Origin: Oceanospirillum sp.
Lineage (GTDB): Bacteria > Pseudomonadota > Gammaproteobacteria > Pseudomonadales > Halomonadaceae
Assembly: GCA_048268485.1 (NCBI GenBank)
Contig: JBLWVL010000002.1
Location: 64,665-128,664 of the forward strand
Reading direction: 5' to 3'
Length of the DNA: 64,000 bases
In this document: positions 28,199 through 40,422 of the stretch, piece after piece
How positions within the stretch are numbered: the stretch's first letter is position 1
Layout of the letters: every line of letters starts with the position of its first letter
Notes under the pieces: generated by a model
Database searches by the model: none
The model's input: only the letters and a program-made list of their open reading frames with translations
Told to the model about the DNA's origin: nothing
Position numbers and translations under genes: made by a program

Positions 28199-30361
28199 TT
28201 ACCCCCGCTTCCAGCGGTGATATTTCTCCACCCATACCAGCAGTTTTTCCGGGGCGTGGGCTTTCTTCCACTCTCCGGCGGCAAACTTGTTGGCTTCCGC
28301 CAGGGTCGGGTAGGTATGAATAGTGCCGAGAATTTTGCTCAGCCCTAAGCCATGCTTCATCGCTAACACATACTCTGCCAGCAGGTCTCCGGCGTGGGTG
28401 CCGACAATGGTTACCCCCAAGATTTTATCCTTGCCGGGTACGGTGAGTACTTTAACAAAACCTTCGGTACTGCCATCAGCAATGGCCCGATCCAGATCAT
28501 CAAGGCCGTAACGGGTGACTTCAAAAGGGATATTCTGTTCCCGTGCCTCGGTTTCCGACAGGCCAACCCGCGCCACTTCAGGGTCGATAAAGGTGGCCCA
28601 GGGAATCACAGAGTAATCCGCTTTAAAGGACTTCCACTCCCCAAACAAAGCATTAACAGCCGCGTACCACGCCTGATGGGCCGCGGTGTGGGTAAACTGA
28701 AACGGCCCCGCCACATCCCCTGCCGCGTAGATATTCGGGTAGAGGGTTTCCAGATACTCATTGGTGACAACGGTGCGCTCGGTCTGAATCCCCAGATTCT
28801 CCAGCCCGTAACCGGTGAGGCGCGCTGTCCGGCCGACGGCACAGATCAGGCGGTCAAAGGCGATAACCTCTTCTTCACCATCAGGGTTCTTCACGATCAG
28901 TTGTTTTTCACTCTGATTCTCACCACCAAGCTGGCAGCGTATCGCTTCGTAACCGGTCAGCAGGTTTACACCGCTTTTACGCAAGGCATTGGCGGCCAAA
29001 TCAGAAACTTCCGGATCTTCCCGCACCATAACGCGCTCATTACGCTCCACCTGAATCACGTTACTGCCTAAGCGAGCAAAACTTTGTGCCAGCTCACAAC
29101 CGATAGGGCCACCACCCAGTAATACCATACGCGGTGGAATATCGTCTTCTTTCGCCAGCTCTTCCCACAGGGTATCACTGGTGAGATAGCCCACTTTATT
29201 CAATCCCGGAATCTCCGGTACAAAGGGTTTGGCTCCGGCGGCGACCACAATACTACGAGCCGTTAACCTTTGGCTGCTGCCATCATTCAACTGAATTTCT
29301 ACCGTCCACGGATCAATAATTTTGCCGTAACCCTGTAAAACCTCTACCCCCAGGCTGGTATAACGCTCAACACTATCATGGGGCTCAATGGCAGCGATCA
29401 CGTCATGGATGCGCTGCATCACCTTTTTAAAACTGAATTGAGGCTCTCCACCTTCCAGGCCATATCGATCCCCATGGCGCATCTGTTCGGCCACTTTGGC
29501 GCTTTTGATCAACGCCTTACTGGGCACACAGCCGTAGTTGAGGCAATCACCACCCATTTTATTGGCTTCGATCAGGGTTACTTTGGCTTTAACTGCGGCG
29601 GCAATATAGGCACTAACCAAACCCGCTGCACCACCACCGATCACAATTAAGTTACGATCAAATTTAGCCGGTTTCTGAAAGCCTTTGTAAACCCGACGCT
29701 TTTTGACTGCAGCCACGATTTTTTTAGCGATCAAAGGGAAAACGCCAAGCAGCGCAAAAGAGAACAGAATTTCGGGGGAAACAATACCGGCCAGAGAGTC
29801 CAACTGACCTAACTGAGTACCTGCATTCACATAAATCAGGGTTCCCGGCAACATACCCAACTGGCTGACCCAGTAATAAGTACGGGTTTTGATCGGCGTT
29901 AACCCCATCAAAAGATTGATCAGAAAAAACGGAAACACCGGCACCAAACGCAAGGTAAACAGATAAAACGCGCCTTCCCGCTCCACACCCTGATTAAAGG
30001 CTTTTAGCCGGTCACCAAAGCGCTCCTGCACGCTATCCCGCAGCACAAAGCGCGCCACCAGAAAGGCCAGAGTAGCTCCGATGGTTGACGCGAAGCTTAC
30101 CAGAATCAAACCTTCGACCAGTCCATAAACAGCGCCAATCGCCAGGGTCATAATCGTTGCACCGGGCAGCGAGAGCGCCGTGGCCGCCACATAGATTACA
30201 AAAAATACAGCCACCGTGATAAAAGGGCTTTGATTCTGCCAAAGCGCCAGCTGCTCCTGACTGTTTTTCAGACTATCTAAGGTCAGATACTGATTCAGGT
30301 CGAAGGCAAAAAAAGCGGCAACCACCGCAGCGATAAATGTAATAAGTACAAGTTTTTTCAT
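28199..30361 (-). CDS. Fusion protein: N-terminal DedA/TVP38-TMEM64 (VTT) membrane domain plus C-terminal FAD-dependent pyridine nucleotide-disulfide oxidoreductase
   Basis: The N-terminal ~225 aa are polytopic membrane (LPGATIMTLAIGAVYG...). They are followed by LIVIGGGAAGLVSAY, the redox-active GGDCLNYGCVPSK, a second Rossmann motif LLGGGPIGCELAQ, and a C-terminal dimerisation domain with HTYPTLAE. Confidence 0.8.
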   Translation of the reverse strand: MKKLVLITFIAAVVAAFFAFDLNQYLTLDSLKNSQEQLALWQNQSPFITVAVFFVIYVAATALSLPGATIMTLAIGAVYGLVEGLILVSFASTIGATLAFLVARFVLRDSVQERFGDRLKAFNQGVEREGAFYLFTLRLVPVFPFFLINLLMGLTPIKTRTYYWVSQLGMLPGTLIYVNAGTQLGQLDSLAGIVSPEILFSFALLGVFPLIAKKIVAAVKKRRVYKGFQKPAKFDRNLIVIGGGAAGLVSAYIAAAVKAKVTLIEANKMGGDCLNYGCVPSKALIKSAKVAEQMRHGDRYGLEGGEPQFSFKKVMQRIHDVIAAIEPHDSVERYTSLGVEVLQGYGKIIDPWTVEIQLNDGSSQRLTARSIVVAAGAKPFVPEIPGLNKVGYLTSDTLWEELAKEDDIPPRMVLLGGGPIGCELAQSFARLGSNVIQVERNERVMVREDPEVSDLAANALRKSGVNLLTGYEAIRCQLGGENQSEKQLIVKNPDGEEEVIAFDRLICAVGRTARLTGYGLENLGIQTERTVVTNEYLETLYPNIYAAGDVAGPFQFTHTAAHQAWYAAVNALFGEWKSFKADYSVIPWATFIDPEVARVGLSETEAREQNIPFEVTRYGLDDLDRAIADGSTEGFVKVLTVPGKDKILGVTIVGTHAGDLLAEYVLAMKHGLGLSKILGTIHTYPTLAEANKFAAGEWKKAHAPEKLLVWVEKYHRWKRG

Positions 30362-30518
30362 CGGGATTCTCTTTTAAGGGAGCTACCGAAATAATTTGGA
30401 AGCAGCCGGAATAATTTGATCTGAAAAAGAATACGCAGCGATTGGAGTTTAGGATTCATTCCTCTCGTGGAAAGCATGATCTTTTTCATGCTTCCCATGT
30501 ATCCCTGTCCATCAGCAA

Positions 30519-30544
30519 GAAAAAAGCCGGCTCAAAGGCCGGCT
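30519..30544 (-). terminator. Rho-independent terminator of yheU
   Basis: AGCCGGC (30525-31) pairs with GCCGGCT (30538-44). The plus-strand A-run gives a minus-strand T-run. The stop codon lies in the loop. Confidence 0.7.
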
Positions 30545-30774
30545 TCCTGTAGACGTGTTCTGTATTCCTGTTTGGTGAGGATGGTAACGGACTCGGTTAC
30601 CGGGTCATAAACAATGGCCAGCTCGCCTTTAACCAGCTGCTGACGCACCTGTTGTACCCAGTCTTCAAGTCCAACATCAACCTCCGTGGTGTCGTAACCC
30701 TGGCGGGTGACAAAATCTTCCAGCAATCCCTGCAGCGCATCCGGTGAAATATCCCGATAGGGAACATCGATCAT
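30532..30774 (-). CDS. yheU: YheU-family protein (UPF0270)
   Basis: 80 aa, colinear with E. coli YheU as I recall it (I.Y.DISPDAL.GLLEDFV.R.G.D...). Confidence 0.8.
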   Translation of the reverse strand: MIDVPYRDISPDALQGLLEDFVTRQGYDTTEVDVGLEDWVQQVRQQLVKGELAIVYDPVTESVTILTKQEYRTRLQEAGL

Positions 30775-30836
30775 AAAGTCTCTCTTTTTCGGTTGTCTCT
30801 TTCAGAAGCTGGCGTTTATCCGGTTTTTGCCTGAAG

Positions 30837-31493
30837 TCAGAACACCCACCAGCTGGCTCCACGATTCAGTGTCGCACGACAGCTTTCCAGCTGTTTGTGA
30901 TATTCAATGGCGCGGTTAGCAACTTTGGCAGAGACATTTTTCAGCCAGGATTTATTTTTCCAGGTTTTGTCTGCATAACCACCATGACCTTCGTGATAGG
31001 CGATATACATGTAATAAGTGTTGTTACGCTCAATGCCGTTTCTCAGATACCCCTGATAGTTATACCAGCCAATAAAATCCACTGCACCGTGAAAGCGGCC
31101 ACGACTGGCACGACGGTTACCGGTTTTCTCCTGATACTCTTTCCAGGTAGAGTCCAAAGCCTGGGTATAACCATAAGACGAGGACTTACGTGGCCCGGGG
31201 AAAATACCCAGAAATGTGGTACGTTCCGGTTGAGCATCCGGCTTGAATGACGATTCCTGGTGGATAAACGCCAGCAGAATTGGCACAGGAGTTCCCCACT
31301 TTTCTTCTGATTGTTTAGCCGAGATATACCAATCGGGGTACTGGCGAAAGATCTCACAGGCATTATCCGGCTCTTGCGGCGGTGCAACAGCACACCCCGT
31401 AAGAAGAAGGGCGATCATACTCAGTAAAGACAGGCGCAGTGTGCCACTTTCTCTTCTGATCTGATGTTTGCATCCTTTAATCATTTTGCTCAT
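30837..31493 (-). CDS. Lipoprotein with lytic-transglycosylase (SLT-like) signature
   Basis: Lipobox LLTGC after a hydrophobic segment, then HQESSF and GYTQALDSTW motifs. The start is uncertain (ATGs at 31508, 31493, 31484). The ORF-track start at 31586 would overlap ligA. Confidence 0.6.
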   Translation of the reverse strand: MSKMIKGCKHQIRRESGTLRLSLLSMIALLLTGCAVAPPQEPDNACEIFRQYPDWYISAKQSEEKWGTPVPILLAFIHQESSFKPDAQPERTTFLGIFPGPRKSSSYGYTQALDSTWKEYQEKTGNRRASRGRFHGAVDFIGWYNYQGYLRNGIERNNTYYMYIAYHEGHGGYADKTWKNKSWLKNVSAKVANRAIEYHKQLESCRATLNRGASWWVF

Positions 31494-31539
31494 CAATATC
31501 TCATCCATTTCAGTCTGTTCAGCCCAATACTGGCTTGCA

Positions 31540-33744
<2,205 letters not shown>

Positions 33745-33806
33745 TTAACCTGAAGACCATGAAGAAAGAACTTAACCAGTCTATCTCCTCGGCATTTACC
33801 TCAGTG

Positions 33807-35372
33807 TCAGCGCATCCGCGCCAGCTGCTTGCGGCGCTCAAATTCCTGAATCCGCTGTTTGTAGTGTTCTATGGTCTGTGGTGTCATCACACTACGGTTT
33901 TCATCTCTCAGTTCACCACTCATGTGCCGTACAATAACCTTTGCGGTCTCCAGCATCATGGTAAAGCATTCCTGGCTATTGCCTGGGGCCGGTAGGCCCA
34001 TTACAAAAGAAACGCTCGGAATATAAAGGTCATCAAGCTGATCAATGTCAAAAACACCGGGCTCTACAGAGCTGAGCATCGAGAACTGAATCTGAGGGCC
34101 ATCTTCTGTTTTGGCAAAGCGATGGAACACTCCCATAGCGCCTATCTGCATGCCGCACTGCATGACGACATGTAACAGTGCTGCGCCATGGAAACCCCGG
34201 TCATCTTTACACTTCACATGCATCATCAACAGCTCATCAGCATCTGCAATCTGACCTCGCTCTTCATCTGCACTCAGCAGGAACTTACGCTTAACGGAGG
34301 TACTTTTTCTGGCACTACTGCGCTCCACGGGCTCTTCATCGATAACGGATGGCTGCTGCGCACTGGCTTGCTTTTGCTTAAGGGCCGCTGCTTTATGGGC
34401 CATTTCCTGCTGCTGACGATACTGTCGCTCAGCCAAACTAATCTCATCTGCAACCGGTACCCGCTGCTTCATGCGCTCTAATGGCCGGGGCCCTGTATGC
34501 TTGCCCTGAATACGCCGCACGGCTGCCTTAACAGGGTCAGTCTCCTCCAGAGCAGCTGCTTCTACCTCAGCTTCTTTCCGTTTCTGTTGTTCCAGCTTTT
34601 GCTCTTCCTCCAGACGGCGGGCTTTAGCTGCAGCAAAACGCTTCTCTAAAGGCTCAAGAGGCTCCAGATCATTCAGGTCATCATCAACCGGATCAAATGC
34701 CGTTATATGCAGATTATGATCATCAGATACGGGGGCAGCAGCTCCTTCTGCCTGAGGAGGAACAGCAGGCTCAGCTTCGGCCGGAGAAGTCTCCACAGAA
34801 GGAGTATCAGTATCATTAACTGACGCCAACTCCGGGTTATTTGTTAATTCAGCCTCATTAAGAGGTGTATCATGCGCATCCGTTAACTCAGCCTCTAACT
34901 CAGCCTCCGGGGAGAAGTCCCGTTCCTGGTCAATATCCGCTTTTCCATCCTCTGACGCTTGTGGATAAATCTCATCATCGGCATCAGAGGTATAGGTATG
35001 GTCATTGGCTTCAGTAAAATCTACGACGTCAGGAGTTTGTTCATCAAAGTACGAAGCCGATTCCTGATCGTAGGGGTCTTCATGTAATGATATATCTGTT
35101 TCTGCCTCTGTTGTTTCTGTCTCTGTTTCAATCTCAACTTCGTGGCGTAATACAGGAATCGGATCATCATCAAACACTTCAACATCATGACTCTTTATCA
35201 CTCGGGCACCGCCAGAGGGCAACTCTCTGCGCAGTTGCTCTTGCCGGGCACGTTCCTCTTCATCAACATGCTCACCCTGGGCGTCCGCTTTGCGCATACG
35301 CCGGATACCATCGGCTATAATCAGCAACAAAATCAAACCACCCAAAACCATCAGCCACTCACGTAAGCCCAT
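33807..35372 (-). CDS. zipA: Cell division protein ZipA, with a long acidic linker
   Basis: N-terminal TM (MGLREWLMVLGGLILLLIIADGIRRMR), a ~330-aa charged linker, and a C-terminal FtsZ-binding domain (LLMMHVKCKDDRGFHGAALL...FSMLSSVEPGVFD). Confidence 0.85.
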   Translation of the reverse strand: MGLREWLMVLGGLILLLIIADGIRRMRKADAQGEHVDEEERARQEQLRRELPSGGARVIKSHDVEVFDDDPIPVLRHEVEIETETETTEAETDISLHEDPYDQESASYFDEQTPDVVDFTEANDHTYTSDADDEIYPQASEDGKADIDQERDFSPEAELEAELTDAHDTPLNEAELTNNPELASVNDTDTPSVETSPAEAEPAVPPQAEGAAAPVSDDHNLHITAFDPVDDDLNDLEPLEPLEKRFAAAKARRLEEEQKLEQQKRKEAEVEAAALEETDPVKAAVRRIQGKHTGPRPLERMKQRVPVADEISLAERQYRQQQEMAHKAAALKQKQASAQQPSVIDEEPVERSSARKSTSVKRKFLLSADEERGQIADADELLMMHVKCKDDRGFHGAALLHVVMQCGMQIGAMGVFHRFAKTEDGPQIQFSMLSSVEPGVFDIDQLDDLYIPSVSFVMGLPAPGNSQECFTMMLETAKVIVRHMSGELRDENRSVMTPQTIEHYKQRIQEFERRKQLARMR

Positions 35373-35453
35373 GCAGTTAAAACCCTGTATAAATAGTTAA
35401 TTATTGACTCAGATTCATTGACTTTGACTATTTTACGCTACAAAAGAAAACAT

Positions 35454-38400
35454 TTATACGTCTACAAGCGCTGTTGCTTCATCTATGTCAACCGCCACAA
35501 TTCGGGATACCCCTGGCTCCTGCATCGTTACTCCCATTAAATGATCAGCCATCTCCATAGCAATTTTATTGTGACTGATATAGATAAACTGAAGATGCTC
35601 TGACATCTCTTTAACAATATTGGCATATCGACCAACATTGGCATCATCCAGAGGTGCATCCACTTCGTCTAACATACAGAACGGGGCTGGGTTCAACTGA
35701 AAAATTGAGAAGACCAGGGCAATTGCCGTCAGGGCTTTTTCCCCCCCGGACAAAAGGTGGATGGTACTGTTTTTCTTACCCGGCGGACGGGCCATGATGG
35801 AAACACCGGTTTCCAGCAGATCATCACCGGTCAGCGCCAACCAGGCACTACCACCACCAAAGACTTTAGGAAACAGGCGCTGCAGCCAACCGTTCACCTC
35901 ATCAAAGGTCTGCTTGAAGCGCTGACGGGTTTCTTTGTCGATCTTACGAATCGCACTTTCTAACATACCCAGAGCCTGAGTCAGTTCATCATGCTGAGCA
36001 TCCAGGTACTGTTTACGCTCCAGCTGGGCTTCATACTCTTCTATCGCCGCTAGGTTAATGGCACCCAGTCGTTTGATCTTTTCACTGACCTCGTTCTGCT
36101 GTTCCTGCCAGCTGTTCGCTGTGGCATCCTCCGGCAGACCGTTGAGCAGATCATCCAGATCACCACCTATCTCATCCAACTGCTCATTGATACCTTCACG
36201 CTGTACCGACAGTGCCTGCTGTTGCATACGCATTTTTTCCAGCTCGGTACGCACCCGCTCCAGATCCCGTTCGTGTTCTGTGCGGCTTTTTTCCAGCTGA
36301 CGCATGGCATCATTCAGCTGATGAGCTTTTTCACGTACACTCATCAGCTTCTGCTCTTCCTCTGCTTTACGTTCGATCAACTCATCCAGCAGGAGTTCGC
36401 TGTCTTCCTTCGGCTCCTGTACATCTTCCAGATGCATCAGCAGGTCTTCACGTTTTTCCCGCAGACGTTCCAGCTGCTGCTCGATGCGCTCAATGCCTTT
36501 CTCTGCCAGCTGCTTCTGACCGGTCAGTTCCTGACGTCGTAATGCCAGCTGGTGCAGTTTGTCACGCTCAAGACGGACGGCCTGGCGCTTCTGTTCGTAA
36601 ACTTCTTTTGTTCGGTTTCGGTCGGCCTGCAGATGCTCCCGCTCTTCCGAGAACTGCTCCACCTGCTCCAGCGCCAGCTGCCAGTTTTCACGGGCCTCTT
36701 CCAGCAGATTTTGCTCTTCTTCTTCCCGCGCCTGAATCTGCGCCAGCTCTTCATTCAGATGGCGCTGACGATCGTTAAACTGTTCTTGCTTCAATTGGCG
36801 GGTACGGATCTGACCATCCCATTCACTTTTCTGACGCTGAACCGACATGCGCTGATCCGCCAACTGACCGGCACGGTTTTCCAGTTCCTGCTGTCGGCTC
36901 TTTAGCTGATCCAGAATTTCGTCCAGCTCTACCAGACGCTCACGCCCAATCTTCAGATCCTGTTCCAACTGTTCGATATCCCGGGCACGGTTCAGCACAC
37001 CGGCTGCCTGGGTATTACCTCTGTGATAACGCAGCCAACCGTGACCAAGCCAGAGACCTTCTTCGCTGATCACTGAATAACCCAAGGGTAACTGAGCCAG
37101 TCGCTGTATACCCGCCTCCACAGAGTCGACCACAACCACCTGCAACAGACGCTCCGGCAGCTCTCCCTGATTGACGGATACCTGAGCAGCCAGGGTCTCG
37201 TTTTCACTGACATTAGCAGCCAGTTGCGGCCGAGGATAATCGGAAGCGATAAAGGTAAAATCCACTTTGTCGCGTTCAAGGAGACCATTGGCCAGCTCCG
37301 GTAGTTGCAGCTGCTTGCAGGTTAAGCCCTGTAACTGTGCTTCCAATACCGTTTCCACTGCTTGCGCCCAACGGGGTGCGACTTCAAGAACTTCGGCCAG
37401 TTTTGGTGCTTCGGATAACCCTTGACGGGCCAACCAGGACTGCTGGGCAGGATCATCCTCAGCTAAAGCAGCATCCTGCAGCGCCTGCAGTGAGGCCAGG
37501 CGACCTGAGTTAACCTGCAGCTGTTCCTGCAGGTTTTCACGCTCTTTCTGACGCTCGGCCATCTGCTCACGGCAGGTTTGTAAGGACTCTTTCTGAGTCT
37601 CTGCATCCTCTTCCAGAGATTCCAGCTGAAGCTCAAATTCCAGTGCAGTTTCCTGCATCAACTCCAGTTCTTCGTCATTCTCTTCTGGAGCCTCCAGACC
37701 ATTAAGCTGGTCATGCACACGGGCATAACGCTGCTTCAGATCGTTCAAAGAGCGCTCATACTGCTGAATATTGGATTGCGACAGCTCCGCATCTCTGCGG
37801 TACTGCTGATCTTTCTGGTTAAAACTGTCCCAACGGTGCTGCCACTGCTGCACGTTTTCTTCCGCTTCTTCCAGCGCCATCTCCAGTGCTTCACTGGCTT
37901 CCTGCTGCATCTCAAATTCAGGTTCCAGTTCATCCAGCAGCAACATCACATCCTGCAGGCGCTCTTTGTCCTGCTGCTGCTCCTGGTGGTTTTCCTGAAT
38001 TTGACGATCTACGTCCAGCAAATCAGTATGCAGCTGCTGCCCTCGCTGTTTCTGGTGGGTCATTTGCTGTTCAAGGCGGGAGATCTGGTTGCCTAATTCG
38101 TAGAAGCTGGCCTGAAATTGCTCCAGCTGCTCGTTGGCTTCCTGATGCTGTTGGCGGCTTTCTTCGATCTCGCTTTCCGCACGACGCAAGGCAAAGAGGT
38201 GTTTCTCGGAGCGAATTTCAAGATCGCTGATCACAGCGGCATACTGACGGACCTGCACATCCAGATCTCGCCAACGAATCGCCCGTAGCTGACCTTTTAA
38301 GCGACGTTCCTGAGCCTTCAATTCGCGGTAACGGTGCGCCGCTTCCGCCTGACGCTGCAAACGTTGCAGCTGGCGTTCCAGCTCATCACGGATATCCTGC

Positions 38401-38981
38401 AGGCGCTCCAGGTTTTCGTGGGTGCGGCGCATCCGGTTTTCAGTCTCCCGGCGACGCTCTTTATATTTGGATATACCGGCGGCTTCTTCGATGGTGTTAC
38501 GCAACTCTTCCGGTTTGGCTTCAATCAGACGGGAGATCATCCCCTGCTCGATAATGGCATAACTACGGGAACCAAGACCCGTGCCGAGAAAGATTTCGGT
38601 GATGTCTTTACGGCGGCATTTGGTGCCATTGAGATAATAACTGGACTGACCTTCCCGGGTAACCTGACGTTTCAGGGCGATCTCAGCATATTGACCATAC
38701 TGACCTTTCAGAGTGCCATCGCTATTATCAAACACCAGCTCAATAGATGCCTGTCCAACGGGTTTACGGGCGGTGGAACCGTTGAAGATAACATCCGTCA
38801 TGGACTCGCCACGCAGGTGCTTAGCTGAGCTCTCTCCCATCACCCAGCGTACGGCATCAATAATATTGGATTTACCGCAGCCATTCGGGCCAACCACACA
38901 GGTCATGTTTTTAGTGAAAGGCACCGTGGTGGGGTCGACAAAGGATTTGAACCCTGCCAATCGAATACATTTTAGCCGCAT
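35454..38981 (-). CDS. smc: Chromosome segregation protein SMC
   Basis: Walker A GPNGCGKSN, long coiled coils around a hinge, signature LSGGEKALTA, Walker B FCMLDEVDAPLD. 1175 aa. Confidence 0.95.
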   Translation of the reverse strand: MRLKCIRLAGFKSFVDPTTVPFTKNMTCVVGPNGCGKSNIIDAVRWVMGESSAKHLRGESMTDVIFNGSTARKPVGQASIELVFDNSDGTLKGQYGQYAEIALKRQVTREGQSSYYLNGTKCRRKDITEIFLGTGLGSRSYAIIEQGMISRLIEAKPEELRNTIEEAAGISKYKERRRETENRMRRTHENLERLQDIRDELERQLQRLQRQAEAAHRYRELKAQERRLKGQLRAIRWRDLDVQVRQYAAVISDLEIRSEKHLFALRRAESEIEESRQQHQEANEQLEQFQASFYELGNQISRLEQQMTHQKQRGQQLHTDLLDVDRQIQENHQEQQQDKERLQDVMLLLDELEPEFEMQQEASEALEMALEEAEENVQQWQHRWDSFNQKDQQYRRDAELSQSNIQQYERSLNDLKQRYARVHDQLNGLEAPEENDEELELMQETALEFELQLESLEEDAETQKESLQTCREQMAERQKERENLQEQLQVNSGRLASLQALQDAALAEDDPAQQSWLARQGLSEAPKLAEVLEVAPRWAQAVETVLEAQLQGLTCKQLQLPELANGLLERDKVDFTFIASDYPRPQLAANVSENETLAAQVSVNQGELPERLLQVVVVDSVEAGIQRLAQLPLGYSVISEEGLWLGHGWLRYHRGNTQAAGVLNRARDIEQLEQDLKIGRERLVELDEILDQLKSRQQELENRAGQLADQRMSVQRQKSEWDGQIRTRQLKQEQFNDRQRHLNEELAQIQAREEEEQNLLEEARENWQLALEQVEQFSEEREHLQADRNRTKEVYEQKRQAVRLERDKLHQLALRRQELTGQKQLAEKGIERIEQQLERLREKREDLLMHLEDVQEPKEDSELLLDELIERKAEEEQKLMSVREKAHQLNDAMRQLEKSRTEHERDLERVRTELEKMRMQQQALSVQREGINEQLDEIGGDLDDLLNGLPEDATANSWQEQQNEVSEKIKRLGAINLAAIEEYEAQLERKQYLDAQHDELTQALGMLESAIRKIDKETRQRFKQTFDEVNGWLQRLFPKVFGGGSAWLALTGDDLLETGVSIMARPPGKKNSTIHLLSGGEKALTAIALVFSIFQLNPAPFCMLDEVDAPLDDANVGRYANIVKEMSEHLQFIYISHNKIAMEMADHLMGVTMQEPGVSRIVAVDIDEATALVDV

Positions 38982-39021
38982 AGCCTGCCGTTACCTGAGT
39001 CCCTGTTGCATTTTTTCGGGT

Positions 39022-39051
39022 ACAAAACAAAGCAGGGCTAAAAAGCCCTGC
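39022..39051 (-). terminator. Rho-independent terminator after ccmI
   Basis: GCAGGGC (39032-38) pairs with GCCCTGC (39045-51). The T-rich tract lies on the minus strand. Confidence 0.6.
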
Positions 39052-39117
39052 CTTATTATTGTGCTGTTTTCTGCCGCCGGACAGCACTTAATAATACCAT
39101 CCGCCCGGCAGTTAAGA

Positions 39118-40350
39118 TTACTGAATCTGATCTGTGATGACCAGCTTCACAACCTCTTTGTGACTCACCAGATAGGGGCCACTCATCCCCTGCCAATCAC
39201 CGGACTGAGGCTCCGGCGTCCCTCCCTTGGCAATACGAGCCGTCAGGTTAACCTGCTCGGCACTGGACAGGCGCGCCATAGGGGCAACCGCCATGGAATC
39301 ATCCAATGTAATCGTTATTGGCAGATCCGCTACTGTCAGACGGGCTGCGGCCAGCGGCATTGGAGGCCCACCCTGAGGCGCCCGGGCAAAGATAAAGACG
39401 GTATCTGTTGAACTTGCTGCAGCTTTTGCTGCATCGCTCAGATTCACTTCAATTTTAATGGAAGGCCCGACAACAGCCATATCCGCCGTTTCACCCTGTT
39501 CTTCCAGGCGACGCACGGCTTCGCTGACACCAGCACGGATCGCATTCGCACTGTTCGGATCTCCAATAAATTTCAGCGCCTGCTGCCAATAACTGATCGC
39601 TTCACGATAATCACCCGACTCAAAGGCAGAGATACCACGCAGCCCCAGTGCAGCAGCCTCATTTGGATCCGCTTGTAATGCTTCATCCAATAAAGCATCG
39701 ATCTGAGGCGTCATCACATTCTGGTTCGCAAAATAAAGAGCCTGAGCATACTGAGCCAGTGCAACAGCACTACGCCCATCGATACGGATCACTTCTTTAA
39801 TCGCATCTGCTGCATCGGCAAAACGTCCCATATTCATATAGGTACGCGCCAGCAGGAACCAGCCATCGGCACTATCAGGGTTTTGCTTAAGACTCTGTTC
39901 AAGACGGCCAACCAGCTCTTCCACTGAAGGCATATCACCATTTTGTCGCTCTAATGCCAGGGCAACACCACCGCTATTACCTTTAACAAAGTACCAGCCT
40001 ACAGAGCTTACCAGAACCAGGCCGATCAACACTAAACTCAGTAGAATACCCGGTCGGGTAGAGCGTAAAACCGGAATATCTTTATCGCCCACATCATCCA
40101 GCAGAGTCTGTTCCAACTCTGATTTCATCTGTTCAAACTGTTCCGGTAGCAGGTTACCCTGCTCCAGCTCATTGTTCAGCTCCTGCAGTCGTTGACGAAA
40201 CATCGCCACATTCTGCTCAGTTAGCTCTTCTTCCGTCAGGCTTTGGGCCTGGTTACGGTTTCTTACCAGAGGCAGCAATACAAAGATGGCTGCCAGTGCA
40301 GACATAGCTGCAATACCGATCCAGAGAGGTGTCATATCTCTTAAACTCAA
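39118..40350 (-). CDS. ccmI: Cytochrome c-type biogenesis protein CcmI (CycH; TPR)
   Basis: N-terminal TM pair, then TPR repeats. It is the last gene of the ccm cluster. Confidence 0.8.
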   Translation of the reverse strand: MSLRDMTPLWIGIAAMSALAAIFVLLPLVRNRNQAQSLTEEELTEQNVAMFRQRLQELNNELEQGNLLPEQFEQMKSELEQTLLDDVGDKDIPVLRSTRPGILLSLVLIGLVLVSSVGWYFVKGNSGGVALALERQNGDMPSVEELVGRLEQSLKQNPDSADGWFLLARTYMNMGRFADAADAIKEVIRIDGRSAVALAQYAQALYFANQNVMTPQIDALLDEALQADPNEAAALGLRGISAFESGDYREAISYWQQALKFIGDPNSANAIRAGVSEAVRRLEEQGETADMAVVGPSIKIEVNLSDAAKAAASSTDTVFIFARAPQGGPPMPLAAARLTVADLPITITLDDSMAVAPMARLSSAEQVNLTARIAKGGTPEPQSGDWQGMSGPYLVSHKEVVKLVITDQIQ

Positions 40351-40422
40351 CTATCGGTGAATCCAACGCCAGCGTACCGGCGACGTGTAGTGCTTTAAAA
40401 CATACTCACATTTGATCCGACA

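Noticed and set aside
30469-30497. Hairpin GAAAGCATGA...TCATGCTTCC upstream of the DedA-fusion gene
   Set aside because: It has one mismatch and no flanking U-tract on either strand, so I cannot assign it as a terminator or a known regulatory RNA.
35757-38828. Many 60-190-aa ORFs, mostly antisense plus a few alternate-frame sense ORFs, within smc
   Set aside because: These are low-complexity shadows of the coiled-coil coding sequence. The smc frame is continuous and has all the canonical motifs.
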